A stretch of 44,245 nt of DNA from IMG/VR virus record IMGVR_UViG_3300032103_000107, positions 1-44,245 of that record; one strand, 5' to 3'. Of the stretch, positions 17,656 through 27,700 are shown piece after piece (the first letter of the stretch is position 1; each line of letters opens with the position of its first letter). The notes below the pieces were generated by a model. It saw only the letters and a program-made list of their open reading frames with translations. It ran no database searches and was not told where the DNA came from. This DNA comes from a virus. Lineage: Duplodnaviria > Caudoviricetes. The position numbers were made by a program, and so were the translations under genes.

Positions 17656-20600
17656 ATGTCTGTAAATAACACAATTCAGGTTATTAAAGAAATTCAACAA
17701 TTTCTTGAAGGAAGAAATGATAAAATAACTACCAGTGATGGTAATGAACATGACATGCGATATCTTGTAAATATTGAAGGTAATCCTGATAATAACAAGA
17801 TGGCGTGTATATTTCATAGACCAGATATAAAACCAGTTTTAGAATATATCGAATATAGGCCATTCATCTATATAAAAGATTTAAAATCCTTTCCAGTTGA
17901 ATTATACGGTGGTAGCGTGGATTTATTCAACATAAATAAATCAAGAAATGGTATTGAAATAATACCATTAAAAACAGGTAATCATAAAAGGTTAAAAGAG
18001 GGTTATCCGTTTATGGTTACCAGTAGCATATCATTAAATGCTATTTATAAATTTTTTAATGATGGTGGTTTAAATCTTAAAGAGAAAATAAATGATGGCA
18101 GTTTTTCTTTAAGACACAAAGATTTATTTTTTGCTGTAAAACCTGAAGAACAATTTTTAATACATCACTCAGTTAGATTATTTAAAGGTATTGATAGTTA
18201 TAGTGATGTACATAGAATGACTGTAGATATTGAAACAACAACATTACGATTTAAAACAGGTAGAATTATTCAAATAGGTATTCGTAATAATAGAGGATTT
18301 GAAACAATTCTTGAAGTAAAGAAAAGAAATGATGATGAGGAAGAAGCTAAGATAATTATTGACTTTTTCAATACAATACAAATATTAAAACCAGCAGTAA
18401 TTGTTGGTCATAATATTGAAGGTTTTGATATGGAATATATAATTGGTAGAGCACATGAATTAAAGTTAAATTTGGATAGGCTTAATACGTGTTATAAAGC
18501 TGATAAGAAAATTTATCGTAGAGAAAATGCAAGTGTTAAAATTGGTAATGGCGGTGAAAGATATACTGCAACAGTTGCATGGGGGTATACATATATCGAT
18601 ACATTACATGCGGTTAAAAGAACTGCTGCAGTTAATAGTGAGATTAAAAGTACCAAACTTAAATATATTGCTAAATTTGAAAAGATAGCAAAACCAGACC
18701 GGATGTACATCAATGGTTTTGATGGTATGATTGGTAAAATGTGGGCAGAAAATAAGATACATGTTTTAAATCCAAAAAATAATAATTATGAAATAATACC
18801 TGATCAATGGCAGAATTTATCTGCAAAACTTTATCTTCTTCAAATAAAGAAAAAGGAAATGTTAGAAGATGAATTTAAAGGATTAAGAAATGAAATACTA
18901 TTACCAGAAAAGGAGTTTGTTACATACTTAAGAAGTAAAAAAGAAACTCATGGAGATTATATATTTATTACGGGAAAAAAAATAGTAAGAAGATATTTGT
19001 TAGATGATTTATGGGAAACCGAACAAGTTGATAATTTATATAATCAAAGTTCATTTCTTCTTGCAAAGATAGTTCCTACAACATATCAGAGAACCGCAAC
19101 TATGGGTAATGCTTCTGTTTGGAACATCTTAATGACTGCATGGAGTTATGAAAACGGATTAGCAATTCCTCACTATGATAAATCAGAAGAAAAATTTTCA
19201 GGTGGTCTTGTTCGTTGTTATAAGAAAGGTTATAATAGAAATACAGTAAAACTCGATTTTGCTTCATTGTATCCTATGATACAATTAAGTGAAAATGTAT
19301 TTCCTATGTTTGATATTACTAACGTAATTAAAAAGATGTTAACGTATATGACAACAACACGTAACATCTATAAAAAACTAGCAAAAAATAAAGAATTAAA
19401 AGAGGAAGAAATTGAATTATTACAAACACTTGATGAAAAAGTTTATAATAAACTAAAATCAGGTGATAAATTTACTGATAAAGAGATGAATCTTTTTAAT
19501 GTAAAACAGTTACCTATTAAGATTATAAACAATTCGCTATTTGGTGCATTAGGATCAGGTGTTGCATTTAATTGGTCTGATAGTGTATGTGCTGCTCGTA
19601 TTACATGTACTGGTAGATTACATTTAAGACATATGGTTAGTTGGTTTAAAAAATATGGCTGTGTACCATTACTTGCGGTAACTGATGGTGTTAATTTTTC
19701 ATTTGATGAAATAACAAACATTGATATTAATGGAAATCAATTACCAGAACCAAAATCAATTGATGAAGTATGGGTATATGGTAAAAATAAAGGTATATCA
19801 GCATTAATTGATAAATTTAATGCTGAAGAAATGAAACCCCCATTTATGAGTGTTGACAATGATGGTGTGTGGAAATCGTCATTAAATATCTCAAGAATTA
19901 ATTATGCTAATATGAAACCTAATGGTGATATCAAATTAACTGGTAATACCATTAAGTCTAAAGTTATGCCTGAATATATTGAAGAATTTGTTGATAAAGG
20001 TTTAAGATTAATTCTTGAAGGAAAGGGTGCTGAATTTATTGAATATTATTATGATTATCTTACTGATATCTATTATAAGAGAATTCCATTAAAGAAAATT
20101 GCGACAAAGAAAAAATATAAGGAAACAATAAAAGAATATTTAAATCGTGGAACTGATAAAAATGGTAGATTAAAAGCTAAGAAAGCTCATATGGAATTGA
20201 TTCTTGCTGATAGAAATAAAATGCATAATCAAAAGTTTAAAGAAGTATATTTGGATAAATATAAAATAGAACCACCATATGATGATATTAGTAAAATTGT
20301 TATTAATAATATGGATTTGAGACAAATCAGAAAATTTCTTGAAGATAAAATGGAGGATCATGAAGTTATTTTATTTAATGATAGAGTTAATAACGAAGAA
20401 TTATTCAAAGTTCAGTTTATAATGGAATTATCAAAAGAATATCTTCAACCAGAACCAGAATTAGATAGTTTAATTTATCTTGTTAATATTGGTAAAACAC
20501 AGTCACATGGTGATAGCGCAGTTATTCATGATAAAAATACGGGTGAATCATATATCGCATCAAGATTGATTACAGCTAAAGCATTAGAAGATAATCCTGA

Positions 20601-21273
20601 TATGATTGGTGATTATAATGTGGCAAAATATATTAGTTCATTTAATAAACGAGTTGAAACATTACTTGAAGGTTTTTCAGAAGAAGTTAAAAATAATCTT
20701 ATTGTAAAGACACCTGAAAAAAGAAATCACTTTACTACTGAACAATCTAAATTACGCAATTATGATCACGATGATTTTGATGAATCAATGTATTTAGAAA
20801 GTGCTGAAATTAAATTTTGGAACAAGACTGGTTATGATCCATATGAAATATGGAATGGATTTAAAGTTCCAGAAAGTGCAGTTATGACTCTTCCATTCTA
20901 TAAAAATGCTATTAAACAAATGGAGGAAATGTTTTTTAAACAAAAAGGTAAGCATGTACCAGTGATGAGCGTTAATGATAAATTAAAGGATGGTGATGCT
21001 ATTCTTATAAAGAATCATGAGATGTATTCATTAGGTAAATTTAATGGACAATACATTGAAATTGTGAAAGATGAGGTAAAATTACTATTAAGTGATATTG
21101 AAATTAAATTGAAAGAAGAAAGAATTAAAGAAGAAAGAATTAAAGAAGAAACAATAATTAGAGAAGCCAAGAAAAGGGGTGCAGTTAAAAAGGCTGATAA
21201 TACTGAAGATGATGATGAAATTGAATCAGAATATGCTGAATATGAGGATTATGTCGATGAATATATAGATTAG
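17656..21273 (+). CDS. polB: Family B DNA polymerase with 3'-5' exonuclease (1205 aa)
   Basis: ExoI DIETT, ExoII GHNIEGFD, ExoIII YLLDD, motif A DFASLYP, motif B KIINNSLFG, variant motif C AVTDG; acidic tail. Confidence 0.93.
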   Translation: MSVNNTIQVIKEIQQFLEGRNDKITTSDGNEHDMRYLVNIEGNPDNNKMACIFHRPDIKPVLEYIEYRPFIYIKDLKSFPVELYGGSVDLFNINKSRNGIEIIPLKTGNHKRLKEGYPFMVTSSISLNAIYKFFNDGGLNLKEKINDGSFSLRHKDLFFAVKPEEQFLIHHSVRLFKGIDSYSDVHRMTVDIETTTLRFKTGRIIQIGIRNNRGFETILEVKKRNDDEEEAKIIIDFFNTIQILKPAVIVGHNIEGFDMEYIIGRAHELKLNLDRLNTCYKADKKIYRRENASVKIGNGGERYTATVAWGYTYIDTLHAVKRTAAVNSEIKSTKLKYIAKFEKIAKPDRMYINGFDGMIGKMWAENKIHVLNPKNNNYEIIPDQWQNLSAKLYLLQIKKKEMLEDEFKGLRNEILLPEKEFVTYLRSKKETHGDYIFITGKKIVRRYLLDDLWETEQVDNLYNQSSFLLAKIVPTTYQRTATMGNASVWNILMTAWSYENGLAIPHYDKSEEKFSGGLVRCYKKGYNRNTVKLDFASLYPMIQLSENVFPMFDITNVIKKMLTYMTTTRNIYKKLAKNKELKEEEIELLQTLDEKVYNKLKSGDKFTDKEMNLFNVKQLPIKIINNSLFGALGSGVAFNWSDSVCAARITCTGRLHLRHMVSWFKKYGCVPLLAVTDGVNFSFDEITNIDINGNQLPEPKSIDEVWVYGKNKGISALIDKFNAEEMKPPFMSVDNDGVWKSSLNISRINYANMKPNGDIKLTGNTIKSKVMPEYIEEFVDKGLRLILEGKGAEFIEYYYDYLTDIYYKRIPLKKIATKKKYKETIKEYLNRGTDKNGRLKAKKAHMELILADRNKMHNQKFKEVYLDKYKIEPPYDDISKIVINNMDLRQIRKFLEDKMEDHEVILFNDRVNNEELFKVQFIMELSKEYLQPEPELDSLIYLVNIGKTQSHGDSAVIHDKNTGESYIASRLITAKALEDNPDMIGDYNVAKYISSFNKRVETLLEGFSEEVKNNLIVKTPEKRNHFTTEQSKLRNYDHDDFDESMYLESAEIKFWNKTGYDPYEIWNGFKVPESAVMTLPFYKNAIKQMEEMFFKQKGKHVPVMSVNDKLKDGDAILIKNHEMYSLGKFNGQYIEIVKDEVKLLLSDIEIKLKEERIKEERIKEETIIREAKKRGAVKKADNTEDDDEIESEYAEYEDYVDEYID

Positions 21274-21299
21274 ACTAATAAAAAACAATAAAAAATATG

Positions 21300-21330
21300 A
21301 GAAAACTTTGGATTTAATCCAAAGTTTTCT
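21300..21330 (+). terminator. Inverted repeat/terminator after the polymerase
   Basis: AGAAAACTTTGGAT-TTA-ATCCAAAGTTTTCT, a perfect 14-bp stem. Confidence 0.75.
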
Positions 21331-21360
21331 TTATTTATAGGGCTATCTCTGAGTGGTAAA

Positions 21361-21369
21361 GTATTTATA
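21361..21369 (+). promoter_or_regulatory. GTATTTATA motif
   Basis: 17 nt upstream of ATG 21387. Confidence 0.6.
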
Positions 21370-21386
21370 AAAAACTGTATAATGTC

Positions 21387-21989
21387 ATGAAAATCAAAAA
21401 AAAACAGATTGAAGAAATTTTAGATAAGGATGGTAATATTATAGGTAATAATTCTGTACCTGAATTCGATTTAAACACGAATAGTGGTGCTCATGGTACA
21501 ACAGATCAGAATGCTGGTATGCTTGCTCAAAACTTTAAAAATGACTTTTTGGGTAGATTTGGGTTTTACTACTATGAGGATTCAAAACAAGAAACTCCTG
21601 AAGTAGTCAAAGATATAGCTAAAGCAGCATATAAAAAATTTGGTAAAATTTTGAATCATTATAAGAATGATTATAAAAAACTTAGAGCAGATTTAGAAAA
21701 ATTTAATTCAGATAGTAGTAAGCCAGAGAAATCAGATATTGAGTTTGCATATGAAATTATGTCTGTTATAAAACCACATATGGAAAAAGCATTTGATTCT
21801 GAGAATAAAAAATTAAATGAAGGTGAAATTGTGGAAGATAAGATCACTGAGAAAAAAATCGATAAATCGGTTTTTGAAAAGAAAGAGGAAAATGATTTAA
21901 AATTGAAACAGGTTGCTGATCTTTTAAATAAATTGCCTAAAAATGAATTAGATAAATTAATGAATTTACTTGAATACAAAAAGAAGTAA
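21387..21989 (+). CDS. Hypothetical protein (200 aa)
   Basis: Motif upstream; TAATG coupling to the next gene. Confidence 0.8.
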   Translation: MKIKKKQIEEILDKDGNIIGNNSVPEFDLNTNSGAHGTTDQNAGMLAQNFKNDFLGRFGFYYYEDSKQETPEVVKDIAKAAYKKFGKILNHYKNDYKKLRADLEKFNSDSSKPEKSDIEFAYEIMSVIKPHMEKAFDSENKKLNEGEIVEDKITEKKIDKSVFEKKEENDLKLKQVADLLNKLPKNELDKLMNLLEYKKK

Positions 21990-22819
21990 TGAACTCTCAA
22001 TTATACGATAAAAAATATAAAGTACCCGAACCTATTATTAATAGATTAAATGCATTGATTTATAGTGCAGATGCTAATTCTGATGGTGTTAAAAGAGCTA
22101 AATTCTTAGTTAAGAATGGTTATTGTACTTATCAAATGTTAAAAGGTCTTAAGAATTTTTTTGATCATTATAATGTAGAAAAAAATACATCAGAGCAATA
22201 TGAACTATCTGGTGGAGATCAGATGAAAATATGGGTTGATACAATTTTAGGTCGTGAAAGGAAAAGAACCGATATTTCATCAAAAAATAGACAAGGACTT
22301 GATGCTAAAACTACAACAGGAACGCATACATTAGGTGCTCAATCTGGTTCAGTTAATATGAGTATTAAAATGACTGAAGGATATGAGTCTGAAGATGATC
22401 CTATAATTGATGGTGTAAATGATGGCGTAAAACATAATTCTCTAGCGGTAATTTATAATAAAGATGGTAATATTTTATTGGTTAAAAGATCACAAGAAGA
22501 ACAATGGATGCCAGATAAATGGGCATTAGTTGGTGGTGGTGTTGAAATCGGTGAAGAACCAGAAGAGGCGGTTAAAAGAGAGGTATTAGAAGAAACTGGT
22601 CTTGAATTAGATAATTTTAATAGAGCTTTTGGAGTGGATTTGCCTAATTCAAAATTACATGTATTTACAGCATACTATGACGGTGATCTATATGACATAC
22701 AATTAAACAATGAACATACATCATATGGTTGGTACTCATTGCCAGAAATGGATTATATTGATTCAGTACCAAATTTGGGATTATATGTTAGTAATGCATT
22801 AACAGAAGTAAATGCATAG
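21989..22819 (+). CDS. Nudix hydrolase with an N-terminal domain of unknown function (276 aa)
   Basis: Canonical Nudix box GGVEIGEEPEEAVKREVLEETGL in the C-terminal half. Confidence 0.9.
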   Translation: MNSQLYDKKYKVPEPIINRLNALIYSADANSDGVKRAKFLVKNGYCTYQMLKGLKNFFDHYNVEKNTSEQYELSGGDQMKIWVDTILGRERKRTDISSKNRQGLDAKTTTGTHTLGAQSGSVNMSIKMTEGYESEDDPIIDGVNDGVKHNSLAVIYNKDGNILLVKRSQEEQWMPDKWALVGGGVEIGEEPEEAVKREVLEETGLELDNFNRAFGVDLPNSKLHVFTAYYDGDLYDIQLNNEHTSYGWYSLPEMDYIDSVPNLGLYVSNALTEVNA

Positions 22820-22827
22820 TATTTATA
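22819..22827 (+). promoter_or_regulatory. GTATTTATA motif
   Basis: Overlaps the Nudix stop codon; upstream of ATG 22860. Confidence 0.55.
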
Positions 22828-22859
22828 TGAAATAATTCTTAATTAAAAAAAATAAAAAA

Positions 22860-23099
22860 ATGAGTAGATTAGAAACAATAAGCAAAGAATTTAGAGAAAA
22901 AACTCTTGCAAAAAATTCATATTCTAATAATGATGATTATGGTGTATCACACCCAAATGCATTATCTGATGGAGATAATAAAGGTAAGGGGGAAAATAAT
23001 GGTAGTATTGGTTCTGCAACAGATATTCAATCTAGAGAAAAATTATTAGTAAAAAATAAGTTTTCACCAAACAAACCATATGATAGTGCATCTGCGTAA
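22860..23099 (+). CDS. Hypothetical protein (79 aa)
   Basis: A-rich leader; TAATG coupling to the next gene. Confidence 0.8.
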   Translation: MSRLETISKEFREKTLAKNSYSNNDDYGVSHPNALSDGDNKGKGENNGSIGSATDIQSREKLLVKNKFSPNKPYDSASA

Positions 23100-23908
23100 T
23101 GATTAAAGAACTTAATATCCTTATTGAGAACATAAAGAAGTTTAGACTATTTCCTATTAATGAGGCAGTAGATAAGACTCCTATTATTAAAGCTGTTAAG
23201 GATAGAGAAGTTTTATATATTTATTATGCTGGAGATAAAACAATTCATAAAGGATGGAGAACTATTGAACCATTTGCAGTTGGTGTTTCTACAGCAGGTA
23301 ATCCAGTAGTAAGAGCATGGCAACAACATGGTGTATCGGATTCGTATGAAGGATTGAGAGGTAAACCAACAGAGAAACCGGGATGGAGATTATTTAGACT
23401 TGATGGTGTTTCATCAATAATTAATACTTCAAAATCGTTTCGTGGTTTAAAACCAAATTATAATCCTAATGACTCACAAATGGTGACTATCTATGCTGCT
23501 GTTAGTAATAATGACGTTGATAGTGGTATGGAAGGAATGTCTTCAGTTGAAGAACCAAATACAGCTAATATTAATAAATCAGCATTCAGTACACAAGCTA
23601 ATAAATTTAAGTCATTTTATAACGCAGAGGAAGATAATACTAATTTACATGACTTTATTGTTAGTCGTTATAATATATTGAAACATAGTCATAAAAAAAG
23701 CCCTAAGAACTATTTTGTTGGTAAAAAAGGTCAAAGTTATTTTGTGGGTGAAATTAAGGATAAAGAAAAATATGGTAACTTCCAAGAGCTTGGTAACTTC
23801 CAAGAGCTTTTTCAAAAAGAAACACAACAAAAGACTGATATAGAAAGAAAATCATTTTTTGATAAACAGAAAAAAAAATTTAGAACTAAAATTAATCAAC
23901 AAAATTAA
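23099..23908 (+). CDS. WYL-like domain protein (269 aa)
   Basis: IYY...RTIEPFAVG...VRAWQ...WRLFRLDGV pattern of WYL domains; no HTH is evident. Confidence 0.65.
   Translation: MIKELNILIENIKKFRLFPINEAVDKTPIIKAVKDREVLYIYYAGDKTIHKGWRTIEPFAVGVSTAGNPVVRAWQQHGVSDSYEGLRGKPTEKPGWRLFRLDGVSSIINTSKSFRGLKPNYNPNDSQMVTIYAAVSNNDVDSGMEGMSSVEEPNTANINKSAFSTQANKFKSFYNAEEDNTNLHDFIVSRYNILKHSHKKSPKNYFVGKKGQSYFVGEIKDKEKYGNFQELGNFQELFQKETQQKTDIERKSFFDKQKKKFRTKINQQN
23773..23808 (+). repeat. 18-bp perfect tandem duplication (GNFQEL x2)
   Basis: TGGTAACTTCCAAGAGCT occurs twice. Confidence 0.9.
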
Positions 23909-23926
23909 CTTTTTAACTATTATGTA

Positions 23927-23935
23927 GTATTTATA
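23927..23935 (+). promoter_or_regulatory. GTATTTATA motif
   Basis: Upstream of ATG 23960. Confidence 0.6.
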
Positions 23936-23959
23936 AAAAATAGTAAAAATTTATAAACA

Positions 23960-24694
23960 ATGAGTAAAGGATTTGATGTAAAAAAAATACGTGAAGAAAT
24001 TGATCGAAAGAAAAATCAATCACAAGTAATTAATGCTGGTGGATCACAAATTGCTGTTCCAAGAACAGGAGATGCTTTTTTAAGAGATTTAGTGACATCA
24101 CTTAATACTGGTAGAGCAACAGATGCTGTTAAAAAAATGCAAATAGTTGAACAAATCGCAGAAGAGAAAAAACCATCAGGAATTAAGGGTAAAAAAGTTG
24201 CAACAGGTTTTTCTTCTGAAAATATACATTCACTAATCAATAGTGAAGTAAAAAATGATAGATATGAATCAAATAGTGTATCGGAACCAATCTATGAAGA
24301 TAGAGAAGAATTAATGGTAAGAAAAATAGAGGAACAAAATAATGGTTTAGTTAATAAATATAAAAATGGTACTTTAGATGTTAATCACTTAGTTGAGCAA
24401 TATTATGGTAAACAATCAGAAAAACAATTAGTTACAGGTCATAAACAATCAGTTATAGGACAAATAAGTACTAATTATATTGATGAGGAAGTTGATAGAA
24501 GATTTAACGTTTATATTAATGAAAATATGGGTGCTATTCTTGAAGGTGCTATAAAAAATACAATAATTGAAATGTATTCAAAAGAAAGGGTTAAATCGGT
24601 ATTACAGGAATTAGATATTGATGGTATGATTAAAAAAGGAGTAATAAGAACAATTAAAGAATTACAGGAAAGAAAAAAACAAAAAGTTAATTAA
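23960..24694 (+). CDS. Hypothetical protein (244 aa)
   Basis: Clean ORF with the motif upstream. Confidence 0.8.
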   Translation: MSKGFDVKKIREEIDRKKNQSQVINAGGSQIAVPRTGDAFLRDLVTSLNTGRATDAVKKMQIVEQIAEEKKPSGIKGKKVATGFSSENIHSLINSEVKNDRYESNSVSEPIYEDREELMVRKIEEQNNGLVNKYKNGTLDVNHLVEQYYGKQSEKQLVTGHKQSVIGQISTNYIDEEVDRRFNVYINENMGAILEGAIKNTIIEMYSKERVKSVLQELDIDGMIKKGVIRTIKELQERKKQKVN

Positions 24695-24717
24695 ATTTAG
24701 TATTTATTTATAGCAGT

Positions 24718-24753
24718 AAAAGCTCATAGTTTAGTGCTGTGGGCTTTTTTTTT
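24718..24753 (+). terminator. Intrinsic terminator-like hairpin
   Basis: AAAAGCTCATAGT-TTAGT-GCTGTGGGCTTTT stem (three G.U pairs), ending in a T9 run. Confidence 0.6.
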
Positions 24754-24766
24754 AATAAAAAACGAT

Positions 24767-27700
24767 ATGTTAGATAATTCAGAATTTAATAGTCCAGTTT
24801 CACCTAATGATGAATTACGTGATTTAAATAGAGAAGATGAACTTCAAAATATTCAGCCCCCATTTGATGATCATTATTTGTGGGCAATTGAGCCAGAAAA
24901 AGTGTCTGAAAATATAAACAATAAAAAAATCAGTGATAAACTAAAAAGAACGGTTCAATTTATTGAAAAGGTATCGGATTATAGTGAGTTTAATAAAGAG
25001 ATATTGTATAGATACTACAATGATGTAAAATATAACATAAAAAAAGCAATTAGTATGGTTAATAATGAGCCAATGTTTTACGAAAAATTAATGCAATTAA
25101 AAAATTATTTAAATACATTAGATATTAATGAAGATGGTACATCATTATATATGGCTACTGACGGTGTTGTTGAAAATGAACTAACAAGTACATTTAATGT
25201 TGAAGATTTAAAAAATATAAAATCATATAAGGGTAGAATTTTTTATTTAAAAAATAAACTACAATTATTAGGTCAGGGTAGCAGTAGAATAGTTTTTAAA
25301 ATAGATAATCAAAAAGTAATTAAAGTTGCTAAAAATAGTAAAGGTATTGGTCAAAATTTTTTAGAAGCCGAGATTGGTCAAGATAATTTTTTTATTGAAG
25401 TAGTTGCTAAAGTCTATGATTATGATCTTGATTTTGTATGGATTATATCTGAATATGCATCTAAATTTAGTGAGGCTGAATTTAAGAAAATTGAAGGTTA
25501 CGATTTTAAAACATTTGGTCTATATTTAACTAGTGAAAAATATGGACATAATTGGGAACAACAAGTTACTCCTGAAGAGCATGATGCTTTTATTTATCCA
25601 AAATCACCAAATTCATTTGCTACAAATATTAAACAATTAATGAGAGATTATAACATGCCAGTTGGTGATTTGGTTGTTAAATCATCATATGGTATTTCAA
25701 CTAAAAATAGAGAATGTGCTGTTATATTAATTGATTATGGTATAGATGAAGATGTATATAAATCTTATTACTCTAAAATTAAAGAACAAATTCTTAGAGA
25801 AATGATGATGTATCTTAAAGATGAACAACCAATTGATGAAAGAAAATTATCGTATATGCCAAACAGTTCTTCAGTTGAAGTTAAACAGAATTGTCGTTTA
25901 GCTGGTAAATCAGATAGAACAAGTGATGCATGTAATCAAGGTGATATTAAGAATTTAAATTTAAGACCTATTAGAGAAAATTCAGATGCTGATTATAAAA
26001 AATGGAAGAGAGATAATGTAACATATAGAGGTATATCAGAAGATTCTGTTGATGGCGAAAATGGTGGAATGGCTATGCTTGGTCAAGGGTTATATAGTGT
26101 GCCAGCATCAAATAAAGCTATGGCAAGAAAATATGGTAAATTGGTTATGTTGGTTAACGCTAAACCTAAAAATCCTAAAATTTTTAATACATTAAATGAT
26201 TGGGAAATATGGTTTCAATATAATGTTGTATTTCCAATATCAAAAGCAAAAGGTAAAGATTATCCAGATGGTAGAGATGTAAATTCTATATCAGAAGAAA
26301 TGATGAAACGTGGATATGATGGTGTTGTAATTAAAGGTCGTGAAATTGTAAATTATAAACCTGAAGATGTTAGATATTATTATAATGAAAGACAATTGGA
26401 AATGCATTATGATTTTTATGTAGCACCTAATAAAAATAATATTAATGAAGCTAATGGTGATGGAAACAAAATGAAAAAAACGGTATTAACTAATTTTTTA
26501 AATAAATTAGAAGCATACCAATCAAATTATTATGATAATATTGATAAAAATGATTTAGTTAATGCATGGAGAATTTTGCATCTAAAAGCTAAAGAATATA
26601 TTAAACCAAATCCAAAAGAATTAAATAATTTATATAGAGGTGCTGATGAGGTTTTGTCAAAAAAAGCTGTATCATTTACATCAAATAAAAACTACGCTAA
26701 ATTATCTGGTACATACGTATTACCTTTTAGTGAACTTCAATCATATGAAGGATTAATATCAAAAAAAAGGGTTAATAAATTAATTGACGGATTTAAAATA
26801 GATTTTAGTATTAGTGATCATGAAGGTGAAGTAATTGTTTTAAATCCTGTATGGAAAAAATTTGATATTGAAAAATATAGAGTATCAGAACTGGTGGAAG
26901 ATTTATCATACATGCACGTGGATAATGCTGCACCAGAACAAGACAAATACATGATGGGATTAGAAGAATCAATGACTAATCGTATAATAAAAAATGTTAT
27001 TGGATATCATGGTACTGACAGTGAATTTGATATTAATAAGGTGGGTGAAAATACTGGTAATTATGGTCATTATGGTTATGGTATTTATTTTAGTGATGAT
27101 GAAAGAGAAGCAAAAACATATGGTAATATTGTTAAAAAATATAATTTAACTATAACTAATCCTTTTACTGGCACTGATGATGAATATCTAAAATTAAAAG
27201 ATATGGGTTGGAATGTTGGTGATTATGGTAAAACCAATATTAAATTTACTGAATTAATTAATGATACTAAGGATCAAGAAGTAAAGTATTTTATGGTATG
27301 TTTACTTAAATATAAAAATAATGCTTGGGAAGAATTTTGGAAAAAATATCCAAACAATAAAAATGATTATTTGAACGACTTATATAATTTATATGAAATG
27401 TCAGATGCAAGTGGACATGACGATGGTGTAAATGAGACTGCCATTCAAATGATTTTAGATAATTTAAATTCTGTTGGTATAAAACTCAATCCAGAATATA
27501 ATTTTGGATTTTTATATAAAACACCACTTCATTATATTACTAATACAGGGGAATATGGAAAACAATTAACAAATGATCTTAAAAAATTGGGGTATGATAG
27601 TGTGATATATGGATCGGAAATAGTTATTTTTGATCCCAAAAATATTAAATTTATTAATTACGTAACACCTATACAAGACAAATACATGATGGAATTGAAA

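Noticed and set aside
21112-21150. 15-bp repeat (KEERI) in the polymerase tail
   Set aside because: Ordinary low-complexity slippage in a charged tail.
17656-21273. Intein or intron in the long polymerase gene
   Set aside because: No splicing motifs or frame breaks were seen; the extra length looks like ordinary insertions.
24734-24766. Track start GTG 24734 (also track starts 12835, 29683 and 9685)
   Set aside because: Better starts or explanations exist: ATG 24767, ATG 12868, ATG 29734, and a 5'-truncated frame from 9469.
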